Below are positions 55,971 to 64,000 of a DNA stretch of 64,000 bases, in pieces. The stretch is from Candidatus Micrarchaeia archaeon (GTDB lineage: Archaea; Micrarchaeota; Micrarchaeia; Burarchaeales; Fermentimicrarchaeaceae), in NCBI GenBank assembly GCA_038871515.1, contig JAVZHX010000003.1, forward strand, positions 32,001 to 96,000, read 5' to 3'. The translations under genes were made by a program, and so were the position numbers. Every line of letters starts with the position of its first letter. The first letter of the stretch is position 1. The notes under the pieces were generated by a model. The model made no database searches and had not been told where the DNA came from. It saw only the letters and a program-made list of their open reading frames with translations.

Positions 55971-56810
55971 TTATTCCCTCAGCAGCAACCTCAGATTAAC
56001 ATCAATTGCTTTCGGGGAGTGAGTGAGACACCCCATTGAAATATAATCAATATCATACTTCGCATACTCCTTCACTTTTTCAAGCGTTATCCCTCCAGCA
56101 ACCTCAACAAGCACCTTCTCCCTCAACCCTTGCTCTTTCAGCAGCTTCAGCGACTTCTCAATTTCAGGGAAAGGCATGTTGTCAAACATTATTATATCCG
56201 CCCCATTCTTTGCTGCCTCAAGCACATCAGCTGCTGTTTTCACCTCTATGCATATCTTCTTTGTAAAGCTAACATGCTCCCTTGCCCTTCTCAAGCACTC
56301 CTCAACGCTCCCCACAACCCTCAGGTGGTTTCTCTTTATTATAATTTCATCATCCAGCCTCCACCTCTCCGGGTCTCCTCCCCCAATCTGAACTGCTTTC
56401 TTATCCAAATAACCAAGCACAGTTTTTCTCGTGCAGGTTATTTTCACCTTTGGGTTAACCTCACTTGCAAGCTTCACAGCTTTGTTTGTCATCGTTGCAA
56501 TCCCGCTCATCCTCTGAATGATATTCAAAGCAGTCCTTTCTGCCTCAAACAACCTTCTGCTGTTGCCACTCACCTCAAGAAGCACATCCCCCTCCCGCAT
56601 CTCCGCTCCCTCACGCATTATCTCTTTCACGTTGAGGGTGTTCTGCTTGAAAAGATGGGCAGCCTCCTCAACTCCCGCACAGATTCCCTCCTCCATCGCA
56701 ACAACCTCTGCTCTGAGCTCCAGATTTTTAGGAATAAGCGCAGCAGTCGTAATATCCCTGAACCCAATATCCTCCCTCATTATCTCAGTTATAATCTCCC
56801 TCCATCCCAT
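55971..56810 (-). CDS. nadC: Quinolinate phosphoribosyltransferase-like (NadC family)
   Basis: ED....DITT, ERTALN, MSGIAT, TRKT, IEV, DIIMFDN, GGI, ISMG.LTH. Confidence 0.85.
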   Translation of the reverse strand: MGWREIITEIMREDIGFRDITTAALIPKNLELRAEVVAMEEGICAGVEEAAHLFKQNTLNVKEIMREGAEMREGDVLLEVSGNSRRLFEAERTALNIIQRMSGIATMTNKAVKLASEVNPKVKITCTRKTVLGYLDKKAVQIGGGDPERWRLDDEIIIKRNHLRVVGSVEECLRRAREHVSFTKKICIEVKTAADVLEAAKNGADIIMFDNMPFPEIEKSLKLLKEQGLREKVLVEVAGGITLEKVKEYAKYDIDYISMGCLTHSPKAIDVNLRLLLRE

Positions 56811-56882
56811 TTTCCCACCCAAATTATTTGAGGAAAGGGTATTTATAAAGTTTCAATATAAATTAACTTGAAAGGTGAACCG

Positions 56883-58244
56883 ATGTTCATAAGCAGAGAA
56901 AACATTGCGCTGCTCACGGATTTATATCAACTTACAATGAGCGCAGCTTACTTTGAGAAAATTAGGGAAGTTGAAGCGACATTTGATTTATTCATAAGAG
57001 AAATGCCGCAGAGAAGAAATTACTTAATTGCAGCTGGTTTGGAGCAGGCGCTTGATTATTTAACGAATTTTCACTTCACAGAGGAATGCATCTCCTACTT
57101 AAATGAACAGAAGCTTTTCAAGGATGAGTTTCTTGCGTATTTAAGAAAATTGAGATTCACAGGAGAAGTATGGGCAGTTCCCGAGGGGAATGTTATCTTT
57201 CCAAAGGAGCCACTGCTGAGAGTAACTGCCCCAATCATAGAAGCACAGCTTGTTGAAACCTATCTTCTGAACACAATTGGCTTTCAAACCCTTATCGCAT
57301 CAAAAGCAGCAAGAGTTGTTGAAGCAGCGAGAGGAAGGGGAGTTGTTGACTTTGCATTGAGAAGAGTTCATGGAGCAGATGCAGGTGTGAAGGGAAGCAG
57401 GGCAAGCTACATAGGCGGTTGCATTGGAACCTCAAACGTGCTTGCTGGAATGCTTTACGGAATTCCAATTTACGGAACAGTTGCTCATTCCTTCATAATG
57501 GCGCATGAAAGAGAAATTGATGCATTCAGAAACTACGCAGAAGTTTTTCCAGATAGGTGTCTCCTTCTAATAGACACATACGACACAATTGAGGGAGCAA
57601 GGAATGCGGTGAGGGTTGCAAAGGAGCTTGAAAGGAAGGAAAAGAGAATGATTGGGGTAAGATTGGACAGCGGTGATTTAGTTAAACTGAGCAAGGAAGT
57701 GAGGGGAATTTTTGATGAGAATAATTTGAAATATTTGAAAATATTTGCAAGCGGAAACTTGGATGAATACAAAATTGAGAAACTCCTTAAAAAAGGAGCG
57801 CCAATAGACATGTTTGGAGTTGGCACTGCAATGGGAGTCTCAAGCGACAGCCCAGTTGTCAACGGCAACTACAAGCTTGTTGAGTTAAGGGATGAGAGAG
57901 GAAATGAGTTGCCCAGAATGAAACTGAGCACAGGGAAGGTAACCCTCCCAGGAAAGAAACAAATTTACAGGTTTTACAGAAACAAACTTTATTCACATGA
58001 CGTAATTGCACTGGAGGAGGAGAAGTTAAATGGTGAGAAATTGCTTGTGAAATTCATGGAAAAAGGAAAAGTTACAAAGAAACTTCCCAAGCTGAACGAA
58101 ATAAGGGAGAACTGCAGAAAAAATATTTCAAAATTACCTGAAAAATACAGAAAGTTAAGCAAAGCTCCTCCCTACCCTGTTCTGCTCAGCAAAAAACTTC
58201 AGAAGCTTGTGGAAGAGATGAAAAGAAAGTATTCAAATGCTTGA
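56883..58244 (+). CDS. pncB: Nicotinate phosphoribosyltransferase
   Basis: LLTDLYQLTM, DFALRR, GTSNV, GTVAHSF, LIDTYD, VRLDSGD, FGVGT. Confidence 0.95.
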   Translation: MFISRENIALLTDLYQLTMSAAYFEKIREVEATFDLFIREMPQRRNYLIAAGLEQALDYLTNFHFTEECISYLNEQKLFKDEFLAYLRKLRFTGEVWAVPEGNVIFPKEPLLRVTAPIIEAQLVETYLLNTIGFQTLIASKAARVVEAARGRGVVDFALRRVHGADAGVKGSRASYIGGCIGTSNVLAGMLYGIPIYGTVAHSFIMAHEREIDAFRNYAEVFPDRCLLLIDTYDTIEGARNAVRVAKELERKEKRMIGVRLDSGDLVKLSKEVRGIFDENNLKYLKIFASGNLDEYKIEKLLKKGAPIDMFGVGTAMGVSSDSPVVNGNYKLVELRDERGNELPRMKLSTGKVTLPGKKQIYRFYRNKLYSHDVIALEEEKLNGEKLLVKFMEKGKVTKKLPKLNEIRENCRKNISKLPEKYRKLSKAPPYPVLLSKKLQKLVEEMKRKYSNA

Positions 58245-59258
58245 ATTTTCCTTTTTTATGTATAATCTTCCTTCCCGTACTTGAAGAAGAACCGTATCGC
58301 CTTTCTCAAACTTTTCCCTCATACTTTTGGGTATATTAATTTCAAAGAAAGGCCCATAATCTCTCTCAACTTTTGTGATTTTTGCGACATCACGCTTTTC
58401 TCTCACCTCTAGCCAGAGTGATTTATTGATTCCATCATCTAGAAATGTCCAGAACCCGTATTGCCCTGGTCTGATATGCGCTTTCTCAGCTATTTCGTGA
58501 GGGATGGTGATACTTGCGCTGTTACTGCTAAGTCGCTGAAGTTTCCTTGCGTACGGTGTATCCTTTTCAGCCTTTGTGAGGCGAAATAAACCACTCTCCT
58601 CACTCCACGCTCCATACTCGCCAACTTTCAATCCGGCGGCAAGCAACATACTTTCAGGGACTACGATAGTAAATGAAACTTTACCTATTCGAATATTATC
58701 CTCTGAAGTACTGCTGAGATAGATTTTAGCCGGCATTTCTGTCTCTTTGAGCGGAGTCAGTATCAGATACTCTCCCTCCCAACAAAGCTTGCATGATCCT
58801 CCTACTTCCAACCCCATAAGACGGGATATTCCTATGGGAATACGTATGGACCAGTTATCCTGGATTTTTGTAGAATATTGCTCTTCACCAATTACGTATC
58901 TGAAGAACTGCCAAGCATTCTTTTCCGTCTCACTTTTTACAGGATTCAACAAGCCTAGCAGGTTCCTTAAGTGCTCATCCGCTACTTTCCTGTCGGAGAT
59001 ATTTATTGGATTGAGGGAGGAGTTAAAGCTGGTGGTGAAAAGCTTCCCTCCTTTTATCTCTGAAACAGTTGCCCTGTTGAAGTTGCCAGCGAAGTAGGTA
59101 ATTTCTACCCTCACAGCAGGCATCATCTGTCCCTTCTCATCTCTGCATTTTCTCTTACTCTCCCACACTTCCCTTTTCCATTCCTTTTTGGAATGAACAT
59201 TTTTTGGTTCAAAAGGAATTCCAGTACCCAAGGTGGCAATTTCCACTTCCTTGCTCAT
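58233..59258 (-). CDS. Protein with four tandem AbrB/MazE-like domains
   Basis: SIRIP..LGLEVG-like, TIVVP..AGLKVGE, SITIP..AHIRPGQ and EINIP..FEKGD.V repeats. Confidence 0.7.
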   Translation of the reverse strand: MSKEVEIATLGTGIPFEPKNVHSKKEWKREVWESKRKCRDEKGQMMPAVRVEITYFAGNFNRATVSEIKGGKLFTTSFNSSLNPINISDRKVADEHLRNLLGLLNPVKSETEKNAWQFFRYVIGEEQYSTKIQDNWSIRIPIGISRLMGLEVGGSCKLCWEGEYLILTPLKETEMPAKIYLSSTSEDNIRIGKVSFTIVVPESMLLAAGLKVGEYGAWSEESGLFRLTKAEKDTPYARKLQRLSSNSASITIPHEIAEKAHIRPGQYGFWTFLDDGINKSLWLEVREKRDVAKITKVERDYGPFFEINIPKSMREKFEKGDTVLLQVREGRLYIKKENSSI

Positions 59259-59334
59259 CACTTCCTCTCCAAAAAAACGGCACTTTTCAAGTTTTTTCTG
59301 CATGTGTTATATTGGTGGTTGGAAATTTAAAAAG

Positions 59335-59871
59335 CTAAAGCTCCTTTATCACTTCCTCAACTTTCTTCACTTCTGCTTTATAGCACATTTTCAGATACTC
59401 CAACCCCTCCTTGTAATCCTTCTCGGTAAACGCTTCAACCGCATCCTCCGGTATAATTATTTTATAACCTCTGAAGAACGCATCCGCAGAGGTATGCCTC
59501 ACGCAGATATTTGCGTGCAAACCAGTTATTATCACCGTGTCAACCTTCAAATCCCTCAGCAGCATATCCAAATCAGTCCCAAAGAAACCGCTGTATGTTC
59601 TCTTCCCAATCACATAATCTCCTTTCTCAGGCTTTATATCCTTAATCACCTCAGCTTCCTTGCTTCCCTTCATCCCATGCGGGCCCCATACATCCAATTC
59701 TTTGTCAATTGGAAGGTGAGCGTCATTTGAATAGATTACTGGAACTTTCTTCTTTCTCGCCTCTGCAAGCAGCTTCTTCAAAGGAGGAATTATCTTTAAA
59801 GCTCTCTCGCATTTCAATTTTCCATAAACAAAATCCTCAAGCATGTCAATTACAATCACTGCCTTTCCCAT
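59335..59871 (-). CDS. Nicotinamidase / isochorismatase family hydrolase
   Basis: VIDMLEDF, DAH, WGPH, KRTYSGF, GLHANICVRHT; near pncB. Confidence 0.9.
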   Translation of the reverse strand: MGKAVIVIDMLEDFVYGKLKCERALKIIPPLKKLLAEARKKKVPVIYSNDAHLPIDKELDVWGPHGMKGSKEAEVIKDIKPEKGDYVIGKRTYSGFFGTDLDMLLRDLKVDTVIITGLHANICVRHTSADAFFRGYKIIIPEDAVEAFTEKDYKEGLEYLKMCYKAEVKKVEEVIKEL

Positions 59872-59948
59872 TCTCTCACCTCCTGAGTTTTTAGTGAATA
59901 CATTTTTATATACATAAAGGATATAACCTTTTCAGCAGGGGTGGTGCG

Positions 59949-61073
59949 ATGGCGGAGTATGATAAACGTGAGTTTCTCCAAAGGACTGTGCGCTTTGACA
60001 GAGTTTGCGTTGCAATACTGCTTGTTGTGTTGCTTGTGCTGCTTGCGTATAATTACGAAATATTTTTCAAAAAAGCACCTGTTGAGGGGGAGGGTTTGCT
60101 CACAAGGATAAATGAATCAAACGTTTTCCTTTACGTGATAGTTTTCATGGCAGGGGCTTTTCTTTTTGTGAGAATGCATGAGGTAAACCTCTCTGAAAAA
60201 ATAAAGATAACAAACGCCTCCCTGCTTGCAATACTCGCATCCTTCTTCATTTTCGCCAGCATATTCTTCTTTGTTGCAGGTTTCTATGATACATTTGTCT
60301 CTCCCTCAGCAACACCGAAGGAGATAAGACAGACGTATGGGTGGGTTTTGGAATTCATTCTCTACGCGGTGATTGCATACCTTCTCCTGACAATGAGCAA
60401 GAAACTGAAAAAAACTGCTGAGAGGGATTTCACCGTGAGGGTTTACTCAATAGGGACAATACTCGCAATATTCATAATAATTATTTTTTTCATTGGTTTC
60501 ACAATATGCGGAACTCAGTGTGGTGTGCTGCGCATAAGCGTAATGGATTTGGTTGAGCTGTTGATTTTCGGTGGGCTTGCGTATTTCTTCATATGGACTG
60601 AGGAATCCATACTGAGGAAGCAGGAGCTGACGAAAGAGAACCTGTACGCGCCAGGCATTGCGCTGGCGCTGTCCTGTGTGGTGATTTCAGTTGTTGCATA
60701 CGCAGGAACAATAATTCACTACGTTAACATTGGGGGTGGAGTTGAGGAGCTGTTTCTCAGCCTTATCGGCTCAGTTGTGCTTGGCGCTATTGGCGTTTTC
60801 CTTGCGATAGCAGTAAGCCTTCTTTTCAGGCCAACCACGGGACAGCACATACTTTCACCGCTGCTCTTCCTTTTCGGCGCAACATACGCAATCTTCTCAA
60901 TCGTTCAGCTTTTCATAGGGTTGGATAACTTCCTGAAAAGCCCCGAGCCAAATTTAAGATGGCTGATTGCAGTTGTGCTCTTCCTCCTCCCAGCAGTGCT
61001 TGCGTATTTCATCGCGCCAATTGTTAGAAGAAAAAGCGAGGAGTATTTTGCCGAGAAAACTCCAAGGAAGTGA
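59949..61073 (+). CDS. Polytopic membrane protein
   Basis: About ten hydrophobic segments; GGGGTGG SD. Confidence 0.75.
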   Translation: MAEYDKREFLQRTVRFDRVCVAILLVVLLVLLAYNYEIFFKKAPVEGEGLLTRINESNVFLYVIVFMAGAFLFVRMHEVNLSEKIKITNASLLAILASFFIFASIFFFVAGFYDTFVSPSATPKEIRQTYGWVLEFILYAVIAYLLLTMSKKLKKTAERDFTVRVYSIGTILAIFIIIIFFIGFTICGTQCGVLRISVMDLVELLIFGGLAYFFIWTEESILRKQELTKENLYAPGIALALSCVVISVVAYAGTIIHYVNIGGGVEELFLSLIGSVVLGAIGVFLAIAVSLLFRPTTGQHILSPLLFLFGATYAIFSIVQLFIGLDNFLKSPEPNLRWLIAVVLFLLPAVLAYFIAPIVRRKSEEYFAEKTPRK

Positions 61074-61076
61074 ACG

Positions 61077-61472
61077 ATGAGATACATTTTATTCCTCTGC
61101 ACCGAGAACTCGGCAAGAAGCCAGATGGCAGAGGGTTTCTTCAACTTCCATAATAGAAACCCAGAATACAAAGGAATAAGCGCTGGCACAAAACCAGCTG
61201 AATCGGTAAAGCCGCTTGCAGTGGAAGTGATGAAAGAAAAGGGAATTGACATATCAAACCAGAAACCGAAAAAGCTCACTTTTGAAATGATTGAGAGAGC
61301 TGAAAGGATAGTTACAATGGGGTGCACTGAGGGATGCGTTGCTGTTTCACCTGAAAAAACAGTTGATTGGAAGCTGGAGGACCCAGCTGGAAAATCAGTT
61401 GAGAAGTTCAGGGAGGTAAGGGATGAGATTGAAAGGAGAGTGAGGGAGCTTGTGGATGAGCTGAGAGTATAG
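61077..61472 (+). CDS. arsC: Arsenate reductase (LMW-PTP fold)
   Basis: LFLCTENSARSQMAE, SAGT, TMGC..GC, W.LEDP. Confidence 0.85.
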   Translation: MRYILFLCTENSARSQMAEGFFNFHNRNPEYKGISAGTKPAESVKPLAVEVMKEKGIDISNQKPKKLTFEMIERAERIVTMGCTEGCVAVSPEKTVDWKLEDPAGKSVEKFREVRDEIERRVRELVDELRV

Positions 61473-61512
61473 TATTTATAAGATGTATAATACACAAATT
61501 ATACGTGATTAT

Positions 61513-61797
61513 ATGGCTTGGGCTTTGGATGATATAATAAAAAAACAGAAGGAGAGAGATGTCGTATTTGATATAGTAAGGGATATGCAGCTTACTGATA
61601 GAAGCAAGCAACTTGATGTGCAGGAGGAAGTGAAAAAACTTATGCCAATCCTTAAGGAGAAAGGAGTGAAGCCGGACAGCGAGATTCTGCACGAGCAGTT
61701 AGGTAGAATGAGGGAAACGCTTGAGAAAATGGATCCTGAGAAGGCAAAGAAACTTTCCGAGTTGCAGGAGGAGCTTAAGAAAAGAAAGCTTGAATAA
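61513..61797 (+). CDS. Charged helical hypothetical protein
   Basis: ORF downstream of a TATA-like TTTATAA. Confidence 0.6.
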   Translation: MAWALDDIIKKQKERDVVFDIVRDMQLTDRSKQLDVQEEVKKLMPILKEKGVKPDSEILHEQLGRMRETLEKMDPEKAKKLSELQEELKKRKLE

Positions 61798-61801
61798 TCA
61801 C

Positions 61802-61851
61802 TTTCACTGGAAAGTTACCCCCCTTCCGCCTATTTAAATACCCCTCAAAAC
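61802..61851 (+). repeat. 50-bp dispersed repeat / promoter element, copy 2
   Basis: Identical to 20135-20184. Confidence 0.95.
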
Positions 61852-61881
61852 CACTTGCTTAGCGTAAAAGAGGTGGTTGAA

Positions 61882-62007
61882 ATGAAGATTGACATCGCGC
61901 AACTAACCCTTGCAGAGGTTGAGGCGCTTGCTGAAAAATTCAGAGTGGGTAATGCTTCCACCGTGATAAAGAGGATGGGCGACAGGCTTGTCCTTCACGT
62001 TGGCTAG
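61882..62007 (+). CDS. Small hypothetical protein (41 aa, below the ORF-track cutoff), paralog of 20211-20384
   Basis: GAGGTGG SD; MKIDIAQLTLAEVEALAEKFRVGNASTVIKRMGDRLVLHVG. Confidence 0.75.
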   Translation: MKIDIAQLTLAEVEALAEKFRVGNASTVIKRMGDRLVLHVG

Positions 62008-62110
62008 GCATCAATACCGGTGGAGGGGAGGAGTGGCTGAACCAGGGCTGATCGCCCTTCTGGGAGCTGCCGGCTAAGGAAATTTGCTGGCACCTCCCAA
62101 CCCTTTAAAA

Positions 62111-62407
62111 CTAACCGAAAAGGGCTGAAAGTCCTGCCGCAGCTTCCTCTGCCGATGGTTTCTTCTCCTCTTTCTTCTCTTCCTTCTTTGCTTCCGGCGC
62201 TGCTGCCTGAGCTGGTGCAGCCGCAACTGGGAGAGCTGCCTGTTTAATTGCCTCATCTATGTTAACTCCCTGCAACGCTGAAACAAGCGCTTTCACTTTT
62301 GCTTGGTCAACCTGCATCCCAGATGCTCCAACAACCTTTGCTACATTCTCCTCATTTATCGGCTGCTTTGCAGAATGCAACAGCAGTGCCGCGTATACGT
62401 ACTCCAT
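62111..62407 (-). CDS. rpl12: 50S ribosomal stalk protein P1/L12
   Basis: [11 protein letters not shown], Ala-rich hinge, GLSALFG. Confidence 0.97.
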   Translation of the reverse strand: MEYVYAALLLHSAKQPINEENVAKVVGASGMQVDQAKVKALVSALQGVNIDEAIKQAALPVAAAPAQAAAPEAKKEEKKEEKKPSAEEAAAGLSALFG

Positions 62408-62420
62408 AGAACTACCTCCT

Positions 62421-63269
62421 TTAAGCACCAACTTTTGCTTTCAAAGCACTCGCCTGAGCGCTTGCTTTGGCGAGCATCAAATCAATCACATCCTTCTCAT
62501 AAACATTCGCGTTCAGCGCAAGGTTCTTTGAATTCATATGCGCTTTCTGCAGCAACAACTTTATGTTCTGCTGAGTTGGGTAAACAACATTGAATGAAAG
62601 ATTAAATGCTTCTGAAGCAGCCCTTCTGAACTCATCCAGAAGTTTCTTCTCATCAACATCAAGCACATCCTTTTTATAAATCAAACCCTCTTCCCATGCT
62701 GCAAGAACGTTGAACATCACCTCAAAAGGCTCCACCCCAAGCTTCTGAAGTGCTTTTGCAGCTGCATCAGTTATTTTCTGCCCTGCTTTTGCAACAACAG
62801 AGTCGGTTGCAATCACAACCTTCCCTCCCTTTATCTGAGCGTTAACTCCTCCTTGCTTCAACTCTGATAGAACAGGCCCTGGCGGAAGGTTTGTTTCCCC
62901 TGCTGGAACAACTATGTCATACGGTGCAATCTGCCCTGGCTTTGCGGCTGCTTTTCCCTTGCTCTGCTTAACAATTCTGTAAAGCTGGAATGGGTTCATG
63001 TTTGTCAGCACAAGCGCAGTCGGCCCAGTCATCATATCCGCCAGCTTCCCTCTCCCAGCCTGCTCAAGCGCCCTTTTCATCAAAGAGTTTTTCGCAACAA
63101 TTATTTCTGCTTCATTCCTCAGCTTTTTCCTCACTGCCTGCAAATACCTATCCGGGTAATTACGCAAATCCGCAACTGCAACAACTTTATACTTTTTTAT
63201 TCTTTCAGCTAGCTGAGAGACGAACTCCTGCTTCTTTTTCAGAGTTTCCTCCTTCATCTCATTCACCAA
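62421..63269 (-). CDS. rpl10: 50S ribosomal protein L10/P0
   Basis: [32 protein letters not shown]. Confidence 0.95.
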   Translation of the reverse strand: MVNEMKEETLKKKQEFVSQLAERIKKYKVVAVADLRNYPDRYLQAVRKKLRNEAEIIVAKNSLMKRALEQAGRGKLADMMTGPTALVLTNMNPFQLYRIVKQSKGKAAAKPGQIAPYDIVVPAGETNLPPGPVLSELKQGGVNAQIKGGKVVIATDSVVAKAGQKITDAAAKALQKLGVEPFEVMFNVLAAWEEGLIYKKDVLDVDEKKLLDEFRRAASEAFNLSFNVVYPTQQNIKLLLQKAHMNSKNLALNANVYEKDVIDLMLAKASAQASALKAKVGA

Positions 63270-63891
63270 CTCTGCACGGCTTTCCCATTGTCAGCTTAAC
63301 ATAAACCGATTTTATCTTCTGCTCACCTGTTTTTGCTTCCACTGCATTGAGAACTGCCTCAATATTATCGGCAAGCTCCTCCGCAGACATATTCTCAGTT
63401 CCAACTAAACAATGAACAACAGGAAGGTATTTTCCTTTGCTTTTTATTCTAACAATTTTCTTTGCTCTTTCAACAGCTTCCTCAAGCTTCATCCCGAGCA
63501 ATGGCTTTGGAAGCTTTCCTTTAACACCAAGCACCTGACCCAGGTGCTTTCCGACCAATGCCATCAGATTCGGCTGGGCGATAAACTCGTAATCCAGCAT
63601 CTGCTTCAGCTTCACCTTATCCTCAGCAAGCTTTGGTATCTCATCACCAGTTATAACTGTCAAACCAAGCTTTTTCGCATCAAGCGCAAGCTGTCCATCT
63701 GCAAAAACAGCAACCTTCTGCTCCCTCCCCTTCCCTCTGGGGAGCACTACCTCAAGGTTGAGCCTGTTCTCCTGCTTGTTGAAGTCAATATCCTTAAAAT
63801 TAATTGCAAGCTCAACGCTCTGCGTGAACTTTCTTTTTCCTTTCTCTTGCAAAGCAGCGTTAACTGCTTTCAGTATTTTCTCTCTTTCCAT
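63259..63891 (-). CDS. rpl1: 50S ribosomal protein L1
   Basis: KRKFTQSVEL, LGQVLG.KGKLP, VYVKLTMG. Confidence 0.96.
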   Translation of the reverse strand: MEREKILKAVNAALQEKGKRKFTQSVELAINFKDIDFNKQENRLNLEVVLPRGKGREQKVAVFADGQLALDAKKLGLTVITGDEIPKLAEDKVKLKQMLDYEFIAQPNLMALVGKHLGQVLGVKGKLPKPLLGMKLEEAVERAKKIVRIKSKGKYLPVVHCLVGTENMSAEELADNIEAVLNAVEAKTGEQKIKSVYVKLTMGKPCRVGE

Positions 63892-64000
63892 TTCACCCCT
63901 CCTGCTCAAAGCAGTCAAGCGGGAAAAGGAGTGGAAAATTTATGGCAGATAAAGAATATAAAGCTATTGCTTTCTTCTGAACTTTTTGAGAAGCATATAA

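Noticed and set aside
56130..56831. Long antisense ORFs (also 43598-44299, 9516-10103, 8040-8624, 37202-37747)
   Set aside because: They are shadows of well-supported genes on the opposite strand and have no motifs or SD.

Overview
Archaeal chromosomal segment. The archaeal rpl1-rpl10(P0)-rpl12 operon, Trm1, archaeal-type TrpRS/HisRS, a BHB-intron tRNA and TATA/GGTGA signals support this. Protein style suggests a DPANN lineage, possibly Micrarchaeota (inference). Housekeeping and metabolic content: a metal/Fe-S cluster (ZIP, DUF134-DUF5320-NifX x2-MinD/4Fe-4S ATPase x2-Mrp, DtxR-FeoA/FeoB), partial CoA (panB, panE, PPAT-ITPase) and NAD (nadC-like, pncB, pncA) genes, and surface lipoproteins. 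A defence island (~41.8-55.8 kb) abuts the 3' end of tRNA-Ala(CGC). It carries two AbiE-type (type IV) toxin-antitoxin pairs, a CPBP protease and a type I R-M operon with inserted AT-rich genes. Main unexplained signals: (1) a 16-bp palindrome TGTAACCATGGTTACA at the borders of each TA module, like a cassette array; (2) an identical 50-bp promoter element 41.7 kb apart, each copy before a diverged member of a small-protein family, with a possible third member next to an XRE-CBS regulator; (3) a C/D box sRNA whose D guide predicts Cm34 in tRNA-Leu(CAA); (4) a shared 3' motif or micro-ORF at two convergent junctions; (5) structured 5' leaders on hisS and rpl1. No CRISPR array, integrase or transposase was seen. 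All calls are by eye; no database search was run.
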